Notes under the pieces: model-generated
The model's input: the letters and a program-made list of their open reading frames with translations, nothing else
What the model was told of the DNA's origin: nothing
Database searches by the model: none
Made by a program: the position numbers and the translations under genes
In this document: in pieces, positions 63,190 to 64,000 of the stretch
Layout of the letters: each line of letters opens with the position of its first letter
Position numbering within the stretch: position 1 is the first letter of the stretch
Assembly (NCBI RefSeq): GCF_001194135.2
Contig: NC_068981.1
Coordinates: forward strand, 12,232,226 to 12,296,225
Source of the DNA: Octopus bimaculoides
Taxonomy: Eukaryota
Length of the DNA: 64,000 bases
Direction of reading: 5' to 3'

Positions 63190-64000
63190 AATACATGTAG
63201 GATTCCTCACCATACAGGTAACAGGCACGGCTGTAAGATGCATTACGGATCTATAGCAATTGGAAGAGCATGACCCGATTGGGATCTATTCTAAAACCGG
63301 GGCGCCAGTATTTTCGTAACGAAACACTAACGAAACACTTTGAAACTTGGGACACTGGTAGAATGTGTCATATAAAACATCTTTTACACTTAGTCTTCTT
63401 AACAAAAAAAAAAAGGAATTCGCAAGTTATTCCATGTTAAAGTTGTCGTATTTCTGTAATTTCAACCAATCACTGACGTCTATTCAACCCAATAGAGTTG
63501 CTGCTGGGCGGTCATAAAAATGTTATTCCCTGTGACATATTTCATCCGGTTTAATCGCAATTTATACGCATATATTGTTTATATAATAAATTACGCTGTG
63601 CGTATCTATGTGTGTAACAATTTTACAGTTCGGATTCTAGAGTTANNNNNNNNNNNNNNNNNNNNNNNNNNNNNNNNNNNNNNNNNNNNNNNNNNNNNNN
63701 NNNNNNNNNNNNNNNNNNNNNNNNNNNNNNNNNNNNNNNNNNNNNNNNNNNNNNNNNNNNNNNNNNNNNNNNNNNNNNNNNNNNNNNNNNNNNNNNNNNN
63801 NNNNNNNNNNNNNNNNNNNNNNNNNNNNNNNNNNNNNNNNNNNNTATACACCGTTACAGCGCTAACTGTTTTCAACTGAATAGACGTCGGTGATTAGTAG
63901 AAATTATCGAAATAAGACAATTTTTTACATGAAATAAATTCGAATAGAAAAATATTTTTCTGTTCCATAACACAAAATAGATAAGTATACGAAGTTTGAA
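63190..64000. mobile_element. Non-autonomous repeat(s) with an inverted pair at 63426-63490 / 63873-63935
   Basis: aaccaatcactgacgtctattca versus tgaatagacgtcggtgattag in reverse complement; superfamily unassigned. Confidence 0.5.

Overview
AT-rich, microsatellite-laden, gapped animal scaffold. It is most likely octopus (coleoid cephalopod), inferred from recognisable tRNA-derived SINE, Tc1/mariner and Penelope families; no database search was run. The only clear host genes are two tandem minus-strand paralogues of a GT31 beta-1,3-glycosyltransferase (B3GALT-like) at 4627-5841 and 41878-43059. Each has its whole ORF in one exon behind a conserved splice acceptor. Each also has a homologous candidate 5' non-coding exon/promoter block far upstream (22344-22710 and 56281-56670), which implies a whole-gene tandem duplication whose introns were then filled independently with TEs. 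The paralogues show patchwork divergence: a 314-bp catalytic core with only 5 differences, an amino-acid-rich divergent C-terminal half, and much more diverged non-coding flanks. The rest of the window is decayed mobile DNA: a near-complete frameshifted Helitron RepHel, a second Helitron 3' remnant, mariner and DD37D elements, Chapaev3, several Penelope-like elements (with inverted pLTRs and degenerate hammerhead motifs), R4/Dong, RTE, L1/Tx1 and CR1/Jockey LINE fragments, and SINEs. Several local inversions and templated duplications are visible. I found no CRISPR, rRNA or true tRNA genes, and no wholly new system can be claimed. TE boundaries are approximate and identity figures are hand counts.
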